Source: Octopus vulgaris (lineage: Eukaryota). From it: a stretch of 64,000 bases of DNA. The position numbers were made by a program, and so were the translations under genes. The stretch lies in contig OX597824.1 in NCBI GenBank assembly GCA_951406725.2, forward strand, positions 44,950,001-45,014,000, in the 5' to 3' direction. The first letter of the stretch is position 1, and every line of letters starts with the position of its first letter. The notes under the pieces were generated by a model, which saw nothing but the letters and a program-made list of their open reading frames with translations, searched no databases and had not been told where the DNA came from. This document shows, in pieces, positions 13,831 to 27,205 of this stretch.

Positions 13831-15333
13831 CAGCTCTCTGTACTTTTTTTTATTGATTTCTATCATATTTTCAGGGACAATAAAAGTCAAGGTTGTGTAT
13901 TAGAACTGTCACAATGCTAGATGAGAAATCTTGATGTATCCATTCCACTTCTTTGTGGTATGATATTCAAATTTTTTCTCCTGACACTGGCCTCCTCACT
14001 GGCCTTTGTACCTGGCTAGTAGTAATAGGCTTCCAATATCAGATGGAGTGACATGCTGACTGGTACAACATTGGGCCCGGCACTGAACACTGAAGTGGGT
14101 AAACTCTAGATAAGTAAAATCCAAATAAATAAATAAATAAAAGATTTAAACATTTTAAAAATTAAATTACTATGATCATCAAGAAAATATCTATATTTGG
14201 TGATTTGCGTTTAAGTATAGCTTTCATGAACTCTTTATTATATAATAAGGTTTCCTTGATTATGTTGTCTGTTATGGTTAAGTTAATTCTCGAAAATCTT
14301 TTCAACTTTCAGTTTAGAGTGAAGGTGATATATTTTGATCTTTTGGAAAGTTAGAAATATACCACCATTCTAGAATTTTTGTCTTTCTTTTTACTACTCA
14401 AATTGCTAATTTGCAGTATCATTGCCATTATCTTTTTGAGAAGATATTAGGCTTAAAATCATGTCTGCCTTATCTTCAATGTCTGAAAGGTTTGAATTTC
14501 TTTTTATAATCACTGTTGTTGCTACTGTTGTTTTTGCTGCTAATTGCAGTTGTTTCTGCAACTATTGTAGTTGTTGTTTATGTTGCTGTAACTATTGGTA
14601 CTATTGTCCTTCTTTTTATTATTGTTAATATTTTTGTTATTGTGGTTGTTATTGCTTTTTTTTTGTTTAGTTTTGATTTGCAGAATCTACAGTTGTAGCT
14701 GTAACCAATGCAGCTGCTTGCATTACAATCATTGTTAAATAAATCTGATGTGTCTGCTTTATGTTTGTCAACTTTATGTTTGGTCTCTCCTGCCTTCATT
14801 ACCAACTTTATATCATTGTCAGAACGTATTTTGCCAAAGCAAACCTATCAAGCAGTCAGTGCTAAATTAATCTAATAGTAAGGTAGCAAATGTCATGAGC
14901 CACACATTGCATTATATACAACAGTACTACAATGCATTGAACTTTTATGAACAACTGGATGTTTAAGATTAATCCAATATTTGGAATACTTCTGAGATCC
15001 AATACTCTTCAAATTAAACCAACTGCAATAATCATATTGAAATGGCATTCGTAAAGAGGTAAACAAACCTCACGATTATAATATTTTAATTGATAGTCTT
15101 ACCACTCTTTTGAGCTTAACTATTATGAGTAATTGAGCTTAACTATTGTTTTTCATAAATATGAGCAGTTGAAGATACTGCAATGCCAACCATCCCCATT
15201 AAGGCAAACTGGGATTTTGAAACAGGCATGAAACATTTCATTTTGTACAGCTACTTTAACCTTATGCCATTACACAAGCTATTGTGCAAATATATTATTT
15301 TCAATGGACACCTGAGCACTGTATACAATAATT

Positions 15334-15374
<41 letters not shown>

Positions 15375-15547
15375 AATTTACAAGGGTAACATGGAAAGAA
15401 TATTTAAGTTATGCGCCTTGATTACATAAGTATCAATACTTTTTAACAATAAATTCATGAGTCTTGTTTTCAGATTTAGTCTAATAGTTTACCAATAACA
15501 ACAACAACAACAACAATGATAATAATAGCAACAACAACAACAACAAT

Positions 15548-15759
15548 GCTTTCTAATATAGGCATAAGGCCTGAAATTTTGGGAAAGGGAGTTAGTTGAT
15601 TACATCAACTCCAGTGCTCGATTGGTGCTTATTTCAATGACCCTGAAAGGATAATAGGCAAAGTTGACCTCAGTGGAATTTGGACTCAGAATGTAAAGAT
15701 GGACGAAATACTGCCAAGTATTTCACTTGGTATGCTAATGGTTCTGATAGCTCACTGCC

Positions 15760-15837
<78 letters not shown>

Positions 15838-16778
15838 GTGGTGGTAGTGGTGGTGGTAACAACAACAACAATAATAATCCTTTCTATTATAGGTAAGACT
15901 TGAAATTTAAGGAGAGAAGACCAGTCAGTTATATTGATCCCAGTTTTTGACTGGTGCTTATTTTATCAACCTTAAAAGGATAAGAGACAAAGTCGACCTT
16001 GAATGAATTCGAACTCAGAACATAAAGACTGATGAAATGCCACTAAGCATTTTGCCAGGAGTATTAATGTTTCTGTCAGCTCACTGCCTTAATAATGATA
16101 ATGATAATAATAATGGTTTCTAATTTTGGCACAAGGCCAGAAATTTTGAAGAAAGATGATTAGCCAATACCATCAACACCAATAATTGACAGGTACTTTA
16201 TTTATCAACCCTTGAATGATGAAAGGTAAAGTTGATCTCAATGGTATTTGAACTCAGAACATTATGAGTTGGAAGAAAGGTATTTTTTTCAATGTTCCAA
16301 TGATTCTGCGAGCTTAATGCTTTCATAATAATGGTTTCAAATTTTGGTGCAGGGCCAGCAGGTTTTGAGGGGAGGGGTAAGTCAATTTCATCAACCCCAG
16401 TACTTGACTGGTACTTATTTTATTGACCCTGAAAGAATGAACGGCAAAGTTGACCTTGGCAGAATTTGAACTCAGAACATAAAGATGAATAAAATGCTTA
16501 GCTCCATTTTGTCTGGTGTGCTAATGATTGTGCCAGCTTGCCACATTAATCTCTTCATAATAATGGTTTCAAATTTTGGCACAAGGCCAGCAAGATTGGG
16601 GGTGGGGTTAAGTCGATTACAGCGTCCCAAGTGCTCAACTGGTACTTATTTTATAAATCCCAAAAGGGATGAAAGACAAAGTCAACCTCAACAGCATTTG
16701 AACCCAGAACATACAGATGAACAAAATGCCACTAAGCATTTTGCTCAACATGCTAATGATTCTGCCAGCTCACCACCT
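15548..16778 (-). mobile_element. Array of five co-oriented family A SINEs separated by (AAT/GAT/AAC)n
   Basis: Copies at about 15548-15760, 15879-16089, 16114-16325, 16333-16546 and 16564-16778. Each carries variants of tggtacttattt..gaaaggatgaaaggcaaagt.gacct..tttgaactcagaa..ccagctcac. Confidence 0.9.
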
Positions 16779-17109
16779 TTAATATCGTCATAATAATAAA
16801 ATCATTAATTTTTACATGTGTTATGAAGAAAAAAGCTTTGAAGGAGCATTGTTGCTTCATTTGACCCTCATAGTTAAGCCTATTTCAGCAAGTCTGAAGA
16901 AACAAAATAACAGTTTTCATCCTTCATCCTGGATGATCATTTCATGATTTCACTGTAAGGGTAAAGCAGAAACAAATGTTATATTACAGTTCTACATGTT
17001 TCAAAGATTGTAGAAAATTATTAGACAAATAAACATAAAATAAAATGTGTTGTATGAATCATAAGTATGGGTGTGGATTTGAAGATGTATGGGTATGTGT
17101 TTGTATGCG

Positions 17110-17306
17110 TCATCATAATCATCATCATTTTCACCACCACCACTACCACCATCATCACCAGCAGCAGCAGCACCATCACCACCACCATCATATTCATCAT
17201 AACCACCACTGCCACTGCAATCATCATCATTCTCATCGTCACCACCACCACCATTATCATCATCATCACCATTACCATTATCATCACCTCCATCACCACC
17301 ACCACC

Positions 17307-17372
<66 letters not shown>
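17110..17372. repeat. (CAT/CAC/CAG)n trinucleotide low-complexity tract
   Basis: Direct reading; the source of the poly-H, poly-D and poly-M ORFs. Confidence 0.95.
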
Positions 17373-17374
<2 letters not shown>

Positions 17375-17384
17375 GGACAGGGAA

Positions 17385-18824
17385 AGTAAATGGGAAAAGG
17401 ATTGGTGTGAAATGAAACCAAGACATGAACCTATACTCAATTTGTGATGGTGTACTGATGCACAGAAAGTAGTAATACTTGAAACATTGCAAAAGAAAAT
17501 GTTGAGGGAATTTCATGTTGGACATCCTGATATTTCAAGGATGAAAGCTTTAATGCATAGCTATGTGTACTAGCCAAAAATAGATAGAGAAATCGAAAAT
17601 TTAGTAAAAGGCTGCAGAGGATGTACTGATGATAAAAAGTGAACTTTGGCCAAAAGTAGATGTTCTGTGGTCGAGACTACATATCAATTTTGCTGGTCCC
17701 TTAAATGGCTCATACTACTTAGTGGTAGCAGATAGTTTCTCTAATTGGTTAGAAATTTGTAAGTGTGAAAAGCCAAACTCTTCAACTGCAACAAACTTTC
17801 TACATAAGTTGTTTGTGAGATTTGGCATTCCAGTCACAATAGTGTCCGACAATGAACACAATTCGTGTCTTTTGAGTTTAAAAAGTTTTGTAAAATGTTT
17901 GCTGTAGAACACGCAACTACAGCGCCATACCATACCAGATCTAATGGACAAGCAGAATGCTTTGCCAATATGTTCAAAAGAGTCCTAAGAAAATCAAATA
18001 AGAAAGTCATGGATGAGGGATCTCTACAACAATGCTTAAGAGTATACTGTGTGACACCAAAACCAAATATTCCAGCAGGTGTGTCACCAGTGGAGCTGAT
18101 GCCTCTGAGGAAAATAAAATCAGTCTTCAACAAATTGCTACCTGGTAAGAAAAGAAAAATTGCAATGAATAATGTGGCAGGATATTTCAAACTTGGTGAA
18201 AATGTATTTGTCAGGGCATGCAAGAATGGAAAACGAATTTGGGAAGATGGTGTGGTTGCCAAATGCATAGGAAAAATGCTATACTTGGTAAAAGGAAGAA
18301 AAGGCATATACAAGGGATACGTGAACCAACTGAAAAAAGATTCATTGAGAGTGAACCCAAGAGAATGGAAGAACTAGTGGAATGGTTATTTGGTATTTTT
18401 CAAGTACCAATGCCACTACAAATAATTGAACCCATATGCACAAGTGAAAGAAAAAGAAAATGTATAGAGTTCCTGGAAGTGGATGTCAAATGAAAAAATA
18501 TTAAATGGGTAACTGTATGAAAAACAAAAAACTCTAAAAAGGGAGATGGAGTGATGTAAAAATCATTGCTAATAAAACAAAATTACATTACCTATGAAAA
18601 AAAGAACTTAAAAGGGGAGATATTACAGGGATAATAATAATAATGGAACACCCCTCTCACGTGACGAGTGGTATGTGTTAGTCATTATAAGGACTGTGAC
18701 ATAGGAAGTTGAGGGGGTGTCAGTCAAGTAGTTGGTCATAGATAGTCGTGTCTTATTTGTCTAACTAAAACTATACTGCTATACCGGAATGGACATTATA
18801 ACAGTTCAACTTCGGATTACAACA
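17385..18824 (+). mobile_element. Gypsy/Ty3 LTR retrotransposon, 3' part: integrase, polypurine tract (PPT) and 3' LTR
   Basis: Zn-binding EFHVGHPDISRMK..CRGC; rve core WSRLHINFAGP, FGIPVTIVSDN, TAPYHTRSNGQAE; frameshifted. PPT aaaggggaga at 18611-18620. Confidence 0.9.
18621..18824 (+). repeat. Putative 3' LTR of the Gypsy element
   Basis: Starts tatta (cf. TGTTA) directly after the PPT and ends ..tacaaca. No second LTR is in the window to confirm it. Confidence 0.55.
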
Positions 18825-19032
18825 GTTTCCATGGCTGAATATGTTTCATTGGAAGCCTCAATGACTGATACTACTTGTAAAACAAGAAGTTTTTATAGCC
18901 ATCACGCAATATCAAAACAAGGAGACAGACACTCCACCCCCACATATACATACATACATACATACATATATACATACATATATATATGATAGATGTATAT
19001 ACACACACACACTTGTATACCTACATACACAT

Positions 19033-19185
19033 GATGGGTTTCCACCAACCAAATCTGCTCACCAGCCAAGGGCTATAGGGTTATAGGAGAAGACACTTGG
19101 CAAAGGGATCATGCAGTAGGGTTGAAAGCAAAACCATGTAGTTGGGAAGTAAACTTCTTAATAACACAACTATTTCTGTGCTATG
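19033..19185 (-). mobile_element. Family B SINE (tRNA head plus CORE-like segment), decayed
   Basis: gaagacacttggcaaaggga..gcagtagggttgaa..aaccatgtagttgggaagtaaacttctta matches the reverse complement of the 54410 copy. Confidence 0.7.
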
Positions 19186-19429
19186 GTATGCCTACGTCTA
19201 TGTATGTGCACATAAAATTGTAATAGGATAACAGTAAAATAAAACTTAAAGGAATGGAAAAAGCAAAAAAGAAAAAGAAAAAAAATTATTGTTTATAAAT
19301 TCATTGATCAAATAAGAACACAAGAATGACATTCAAATTGGTAACAATAAAAGAAATAAGGAAAAGATGGTAAATGAAAGTAAAGAACTTGTTTTTCTGG
19401 GCGAGAGATTGTTTTCAATAACTAGATGA

Positions 19430-19850
19430 TGGAGCAGAGCAACAAAGATATCATCATCACTATCATGATAGTGACTTCTGCTATGACCAGTGCCACCCCA
19501 CCCCCAACAACAACAACAACAACGGCCACCACTATCTGTGTATCGGTGGTGGTTTTGGTGGATATAACGATGATGGCTTCACCCCCATCTGTATCTTCAC
19601 TATCATCATCATTACCACCAACACCATATTTACCACTTCTACCGCTATCTATACCTTCTCCACAACCATTACCACCACCACCACCACCACCACCACCACC
19701 ACCGCCACCACCATCATCATTAACATCATCAACAACAACAATAACAACAGCAGCAACAACAACCATAACAACAGAAGCAGTGGCAATCACAATCATAAGA
19801 ACTACAACAGCAGCAGCAATCACAACACAAATAACCACAAGGTAATGGAA
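19430..19850. repeat. (CCA/CAA/CAT)n low-complexity tract
   Basis: Direct reading. Confidence 0.85.
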
Positions 19851-20649
19851 ACTAAACAAAACTCTCTGCCAGCTGAAATTTCATTCAAAATGAAATGAGT
19901 TAATTTCTTTGTTTGCTACTTATTGCTTCTGGGACAGTTGATATTCAATCGATGCAATCCAGAAATATTGAATTTCAGAGATATTGAATTCAGTAAATGG
20001 ATATTGCAAAATCGTGCAGGCTGTTCTGATTGTACTTATGGGAATTTAAGATGATAATTTACTCTTGTTTTCCCCAACTCCTAACCTTAGCCCAGAAATT
20101 CAGAAAATCCTGCACAGGGTCAATAATTTGAGGAATTGAGAATAATAACTGAGAATCAGTTAAAGATATATCTAGATCGATAGCTAGCAATCTAGATAGA
20201 TAGAGAGGCAGTCAGACAGATAGATATGTATATGTATGTGTGAGTGTGTACTGAGAGAGAGGGGGAGAGAGATAGGCAGACAGATAGACAGACAGACAAA
20301 AAAAAAAAGGAGTAACTGCATGAATTTTGGGATTTACAAATGGAAAATAAATTGCAATTTCGGCCACTTTATTACCATCATAATATTATTCTCATTATCA
20401 TTGAAATCATCAATGCAAATATGACCAGGTCATATCTGCAATACACCATTTTTCCATGGTTCTTGATTCCATTTATTTTGCAAGACTCAATGTTCTCAAT
20501 TATGATTTATACTATAAAAAATACTCCATTGCCAGCAGTAATTAATGCCACCTTCTTAAAGCAGTAGCTTCTAGAAAGCCATCTGAGTGGATTATAGATG
20601 CCGTTTTATGGGCTGCAGTACCTATAGTACTTGTAACTCATGATACATG

Positions 20650-20788
20650 TAGCTGTGTGGTAAGAAGTTTGCTTCCTAACCACATGGCTCTGGGTTTAAT
20701 CCCATTGCATAGTACTTATGGCAAGTTTTGTCTACTATAGTCCTGGGTGGACAAAACCTTGGGAATGGATTTGGTAAACATGTTGTAT

Positions 20789-20824
<36 letters not shown>

Positions 20825-21000
20825 TTGTGCTTGTTCCTCACCACCTACTAATAGGTGGGGGCACAGCTAGTGCCGGTTTGTCTTCACTCCTGTAACTTAA
20901 TGATTTGGCAAAGTTGATTTGTTTGACTAAACCTTTCCAAACAGTATCTTTTACTTGTTTCAATCATTTGAACTGCAACCAAGTAAAAGATAAAAGAAAT
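20650..21000 (+). mobile_element. Family B SINE with internal (TG)n and decayed tail
   Basis: agctgtgtggtaagaagtttgcttcctaaccacatgg..ggcaagt..ctactatag..ggatttggta. Confidence 0.75.
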
Positions 21001-21275
21001 ACACATATTTTATATCACAACTAGGGAATAATAGCATCATTGTTTACAGATTTCTAACCTTCCAATCACTAGTTCACTGCATTTTAAGTGGTAAGAGTAT
21101 CGAGGTGGTGTTTGTAACTCAGTGAACTGCATTCAAAAAGCACTGTTTTGACACTGATGTACACCAGCAAAAGATACATATATACTTGCATGCATACAGA
21201 CATGCATACATATATGCAAACACATACAGGGATTCTCCATTTGAGTTTCATCAGCTGAACACTTGCTCACAATCC

Positions 21276-21890
21276 ATCATCATCATCATCGTTTAACATC
21301 CGCTTTCCATGCTAGCATGGGTTGGACGATTTGACTGAGGTCTGGCGAACCAGATGGCTGCACCAGGCTCCAGTCTGATCTGACAAAGTTTCCACAGCTG
21401 GATGCCCTTTCTAACGCCAGCCACTCTGAGAGTGTAGTGGGTGCTTTTATGTGCCACCAGCATGAGGGCCAGTCAGGTGGTACTGGCAACGGCCACGTTC
21501 AAATGGTGCTTTTTATATGCCACCTGCACAGGAGCCAGTCCGGCGGCACTGGCAATGACCTTGCTTGAATGTTTTTTCCCATACCACCAGCACAAGTGCC
21601 AGTAAGGCGACGCAGGCAATGATCATGCTCGAATGGTGCTTCTTATGTGCCATCGGCTCAGAAGCCAGTTTTTTGCTCTGGCAACGATCATGCTCGGATG
21701 GACTCTTAGCGCTCTACTAGCATGGATGCCAGTCATCGAATTTGATTTCGATTTTGATTTTGATTTCACTTGCCTCAACAGGTCTTTGTAAGCAGAGTTT
21801 AGTGTCCAATGAAGGAAAAGTATGCATAAGTGGGTGGTTACACCCCTAGCATAGGCCAAAGGTTATGGTCTCACTTGGCTTGCGGAGTCT
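21276..21890 (-). mobile_element. RTE LINE 3' UTR with (GAT)n tail
   Basis: (cat)n cgtttaacatccgctttccatgctagcatgggttggacg..ctggatgccc..ccactctgagagtgtagtgggtgctttta. The same sequence abuts RTE ORF ends at 24105-24945 and 57978-59405. Confidence 0.8.
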
Positions 21891-21961
21891 TACACACATG
21901 TACACACAACCAGTAATGAAACACACACACTTGTGTACAAGATGTTAATCGTGTGTGTATA

Positions 21962-22335
21962 TCTTCTCTCTATATATAAACGGCAGTTTGTCTGTGTGTG
22001 TTTCTGTGTGTCTGTTAGGTTGTACCCTCACCGTGACCACGGCTTTCAACCGATTCTGATGAAACTTGACACACACATAGCCCAATGTCATAATTCAAAA
22101 CTAACGCAGCGAAAATTTTGAAATGTTCCCCCAGTTCTGAAAAATATCGATAAATTCGACATGGGGTCGAGAATCAGAAACACAAAACCACAGACTGTCT
22201 AGGGGACGCAACTTGACCTTTTTAATTAAAAAAAATTTACCATCATTTTTTTTCCAGTTTTTGGCTATAACTCTCTAAAAATGCTTTATAGTTATTTCCC
22301 TTACAAACCCGAGCAACGCCGGGCGATACTGCTAG
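21962..22335 (+). mobile_element. Non-autonomous Helitron (~374 bp)
   Basis: 5' A|TC..tatatataaa; 3' hairpin cccgagcaacgccggg, then CTAG|T; no TSD. The 3' end is nearly identical to 39610-39698. Confidence 0.88.
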
Positions 22336-22600
22336 TTATATATATATATGAGTTTGGAGGGATGAAACATCTGGGCTGATATTAGGGTGGGTCTAAGTTA
22401 TTTTCTAGGTTACAGCTAACTGCATTGATTTGTATTTATAAGAGAAAAATGTTGGTCTGCTCTTTTAGTCATTGGGGTGGTGTTACTTGAAGAGTAGAAT
22501 GTTGCAAAGCACATTGTAACTAGCAGTGTGTAACAAAATCTCATAGTCTGGTTGGCCATGGTTATGTCATGTAATATATTTACACACACAAACACACACT

Positions 22601-22672
<72 letters not shown>

Positions 22673-22829
22673 TACACACACACACACATGCCACACATAA
22701 GATAGTTGTTTTGGTAGAATTTTATGTATGAAATGCAGTCATAAAAGATTACACTATAATATACAATCCACCTTCATTAGGTAAAATTTTAAACAGGTAA
22801 GATTTTTAGCAATGACCCAGACATAGCTA

Positions 22830-22945
22830 GCCTTCTTCCAGCTTCTGTCAACCAAAAACCACTTTTAAGGCTTGGGTTAGCTTGGAGCTATACCAGAAAA
22901 TCCTTGCCAGAAGTACCATACAGTGAAATTGAACCTGAAATCAAG
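22830..22945 (-). mobile_element. Decayed family B SINE fragment
   Basis: cttcttccagcttctgtcaacca..aaggcttggg..gctata..cagtgaaattgaacc resembles the 59715 copy. Confidence 0.5.
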
Positions 22946-23759
22946 TGTGTGTGTGTATGTAAACAAAACCTGGTAAAACTTTACCACACACCTGATAATA
23001 TACAGATTATATATATATAATATATAAATAAATTCTAGAAAGTGGGGAACGAATTCTCAGTGAAATCAATCATGTGGAACTTGAATAAAACACATTATTT
23101 ATTGGTTTCTGCACATTGTATAATAACAAGGAAAGTAAAGCAATCCTCTCCATAAACATGAAATAATTATGAGTACCATTAATAATTCTGACTATAATAA
23201 TCAAACAATGCGTATATAAATCCTTGGTATGTATGTGCGTGTGTGCGTGCATATATATATACACACACACACACACATATATATCAAGTATAATCCATTA
23301 AAAAAAATATTGCTTATTACATTATGTCCAATTATGTCTTGATGTTGTCAAACAACTTCATAGCTGTCATATTGATTTTTTATCATTTACAGTTATTCTG
23401 TTTGCTTCTTACACCATCACCTCTGCCACCACAACCAACACCATCACCACCACAACCACCAGACCACTACTACAACCACCACCACCACCACCACCACCAC
23501 CACCACCACCACTACAACCACCACACCATCACAACCACCACACCATCACAACCACCACACCATCACAACCACCACACACACACCACCACCAAATTAGTGA
23601 AACATGTTATAAAATAATATACTATTCTATACAAGAAAAAAAAAAAATAAAGGTGACACCACAAAGTCTTTCATGAAACTATTTTTATGATTAATGATTT
23701 GCAGAGAAAATATTCTTTTGTTCTTTCACTAGTTTCAGTCATTGAACTGTCATGATGCT

Positions 23760-24990
23760 TCCTGTTACACTCAATATCTCTACTACCCATGCAAATCAAA
23801 TCAAAATCACAATGCAGTTCTCATGACTTCCAGAAACATACTTTTATATTCAAAATTGCTGAAGCATGGAATAAAATAATGTGTTGCTTGTTAGCTGTCA
23901 GAACTCTGCATCCTTCAAAGATTTCATGCTTCTCAAAATTTGCCACCATTACTGAAATACCTTTGCTTTCTTGCCTCTCTATGGCTCTTTTACTATTCAT
24001 TTTTCTGTCTTCTTGCGTTATATCCTGTGTATTATGCATGCACTTTTGGGTAGCATTGTTGTCTTTTTTTACTTGACTTCTTGTTACTTTCTGTACCATT
24101 ATTATCGTCATCATTTAACATCTGTTTTCCTTGTTGGCATGGGTTGGATGGTTTGACTGAGGACTGGCAAGCTAGTAGGCTGCAGCAGGCTCCAATCTGA
24201 TCTGGCAAGGTTTCTACAGTTGGATGCCCTTCCTAATGCCAACCACTCCTATAGTGTAGTGAATACTTTTTACATGTCACTGGCACAGGAGCCAATCAGG
24301 CAGCACTGGCATTGACCATGCTTGGATGGCGCTTTTTACATACCACTGGCACGGGAGCCAGTTGGTGGGGCACTGGCATTGACCATGTTCAGATGGTGCT
24401 TTTTATGTGCCACCAGCATGGGGAGCCCGTCCAGTGGCACTGGCATCGATCCACGCTTGAATGGTGCTTATTATGTACCACCATCATGGGTGCCAGTCAG
24501 GTGGCACTGGCACCAACCACAACTACAATTTCTGTTTTGATTTTACTTGACTCAATAGGTCTCCTCAAGTGCAAAGTATCACCCAATGATTCAAGGTACT
24601 TTTAAATGGGCTGGTTATGCAACACTGGTATCGGCCACGGCTGTGATCGCACTTTACTTGCTGGGTCTTCTCAATCACAGTATATCTCCAAAGGTCCCAG
24701 TCTTTTGTCATTGCTTCTGTGAGGCCCAACATTCACAAGTTGTGCTTCACCACCTCATCCCATGTCTTTCTGGGTCTCCCTCTTCCACAGTTTCCTTCCA
24801 CTGTTAGAGTGTGACACTTCTTCACACAGCTCTCCTCATCCATACACAGCATATGATCATACTAGTGCAGTCGTCTCTCTTGCACATCACATCTGATGCT
24901 TCTTATGGCCAACATTTCTCTCAGGGTGCTTACATACTGTCATTGTGAAAAGCTGTAGTGTACCTGAGCATTGTATACAATAAGCTTATA

Positions 24991-25035
<45 letters not shown>
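23760..25035 (+). mobile_element. CR1/Jockey-like LINE 3' end, interrupted by an RTE insertion
   Basis: FQKHTFIFKIAEAWNK (cf. FF..R...WN.LP) at ~23830-23875. Tail cctgagca.tgtatacaataa plus (ATT)n at 24963-25035; the same tail occurs at 15311-15370. Confidence 0.45.
24105..24945 (-). mobile_element. 5'-truncated RTE LINE (ORF C-terminus plus 3' UTR)
   Basis: Minus strand encodes CDVQERRLH.YDH..CVKKCHTLTVEG..GRGRPRKTWDEVVKHN. The 3' UTR matches the 21276 copy. Confidence 0.85.
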
Positions 25036-25037
<2 letters not shown>

Positions 25038-25044
25038 CAATTTA

Positions 25045-25270
25045 GGGAAGCAAACTGGTAAAATTGTTAGGATGCTGGGCAAAATGCTTAGCAGCATTTT
25101 GGTTATCTTTATGTTCTGAGTTCAAATTCCACTGAGGTCAACTTTGCCTTTTCATCCTTTCAGGGTCGATAAAATAAGTGCCAGTTGTGCACTGGGGTCA
25201 ATGTAATTGACTTATCCCCTCACCCGAAATTGTTGGCCTAGTGCCAAAATTTGAGACCATTATTATTATC
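25045..25270 (+). mobile_element. Family A SINE with (ATT)n tail
   Basis: gagttcaaattcc B box; gccttttcatcctttcagggtcgataaaataagtgccag; ends gtgccaaaatttgagaccattattattat. Confidence 0.88.
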
Positions 25271-26469
25271 AATCTCAAAAATTATTTTATTGTATGTTTA
25301 GACGGATGTAGGTAAAAGTGGGTCTGGCCAGGATGTGAACTCAGAAAGTTAAGGTGATGTAAACAAATATCACAAGGTATTTTACCTGATGCTCTCCTAT
25401 TTTTGCCATCTACCTGCTATCTATATTCTGCCAAGTAGAAAATCTATCAGAGCACTCTTAAAAAATATAATTTCGTTTGACTATGCTTTCAGGTGTTCCT
25501 TTATAAGAAGGATGTTGAAATAGATTTAAGCTGTATTGCAGACCCAACCAATTTATTCATGCTTAATAAAATGGACACTAAATGTAGATAAGGACAACAA
25601 CAGCAAAGAAGAGGAAAGGGACAAGAATGATAACAATGAAAATGATGACAATGATGATGATGATAGTGATGATGGTGATGATGGAGAGGAAAAGATGATG
25701 ATAACCAACAGATATGAAAATAGTTGGCCTGAAATTCCACCCTATCAAAAGAATTCCAATCCAGTCACACATCAAAAACAAGTTATCATTAAAACTATTA
25801 ATTTTCCATCATTCAACATTAATATGATTGTTGTTATTGTTGTTGTCCAAGTTGCATTTCAATAGTTGAAATTTCTGAATTTCTTTGCTCTCCTTTTCAA
25901 ATTATTATCAATAACAAAATTAAAACAGTAAATTATTGATTTTGTAATAATTTCAGTTTAGTTTTTTTTACTACTTTTCCTTTTCATCTTATCTTTTTAT
26001 AATATGTTATACATGTATGTATGTAATTGTCAGTTTAGTAAATAAATAAATAAGTTACATAATATAATGTCTAAAAGTTGATGAACCACCTATTGATCCC
26101 CTCCATTTTCTTAAAATAAAATAAACAAAGTGAAGAGTTAAGAGGAAACAAAAGGGCCTCAAGATGAGGCAAGAAGACTCAGTATATTAGAATCATACCA
26201 TTTTGCAGTGTGAAGCTTGAAGTTGATATGCAAAAGAGTGAACTAGCAAATGAGCTAGAGAAATAAATTATGGGTTTTCCCTTTATATAGGGGTTCCAGG
26301 GTGTATAAATTGTAGTAGGATAAAACTAGTGCTAAAGTAAAACAGGTATTGCCAATATGTCTAGAAAACGAATAGTACTTATGATTTTGTAAATAGAACT
26401 AATTAATATTTATCCAAAAACAAAACAGGTAGAGTTTTTATAATAGTGTACTTACTGATATATTCTAGA

Positions 26470-26785
26470 GACCAAGCACCTGTAGTCCGGACTTGGCACC
26501 CAATGACTACCACCTGTTCCCTAAGTTGAAAGAACATTTGGTCAGAACTCACTTCAGCAATGATGACAAGGTGAAAAATGAAGTTCAACGTTTTCTCAAT
26601 GACATGGTGGTGAGCTGGTATGACATGGGCATACAAAAACTGCCCCAGTGCCTACAAAAATGCATCAATCGAAAAGGAGATTATGTAGAAAAATAGATAA
26701 ACTTTAAAATGATGTAAACATTATTGACAATAGTTTCTGTGATTTCAAAATATTTTTAGAGACCTTGCTTTTGGGATTGCCCTCA
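26470..26785 (+). mobile_element. Mariner 3' fragment (transposase C-terminus plus right terminal inverted repeat, TIR)
   Basis: SPDLAPNDYHLFPKLKEHL..GIQKLPQCLQKCINRKGDYVEK*; ends ..ttttgggattgccctca|TA. Confidence 0.85.
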
Positions 26786-27205
26786 TATCATGCTGTGGGA
26801 CTATATTTACCCCATATGATTTCTGACATTAACAACATGGCTGAGATGGGTGATTAGGTGTAATGTATACACAAGAAATGCATGTATTTATTGGTATCTG
26901 TACACAAAAATTTATTGATATGTATATGTATTTTTCATTTATATATTGTCAGTTTATTTTTACTGAGGAGTGCAAAGTAATCTTTATTACAGAGCATGAA
27001 ATCTTAAGATATAGGATTATCCGGAATTTGTAAATCTCCTTGCTTATTACTTTGTATTCAGCCTTTGGTTATAAATAGAGAGCAACTTTAGAATGGATTG
27101 TAGATATTTGACATCTACTTCTAGTGTATAGGCACCAACATTCCAGTACCCTTGATTATAATTATATTTTTATAATTATGTACTTAAAAATATATGTATA
27201 TCTCG

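Noticed and set aside
15548-16778. CRISPR-like array
   Set aside because: The units are ~210-bp SINEs with microsatellite linkers, the context is eukaryotic, and there are no cas genes.
17001-17525. Poly-His, poly-Asp and poly-Met ORFs (also 19422-19859 and 23324-23617)
   Set aside because: They are translations of trinucleotide microsatellites, which lack stops in several frames.
20340-20640. Possible piggyBac relic or exon
   Set aside because: Only a weak RYD..GH resemblance needing a frameshift, with no termini or other motifs.
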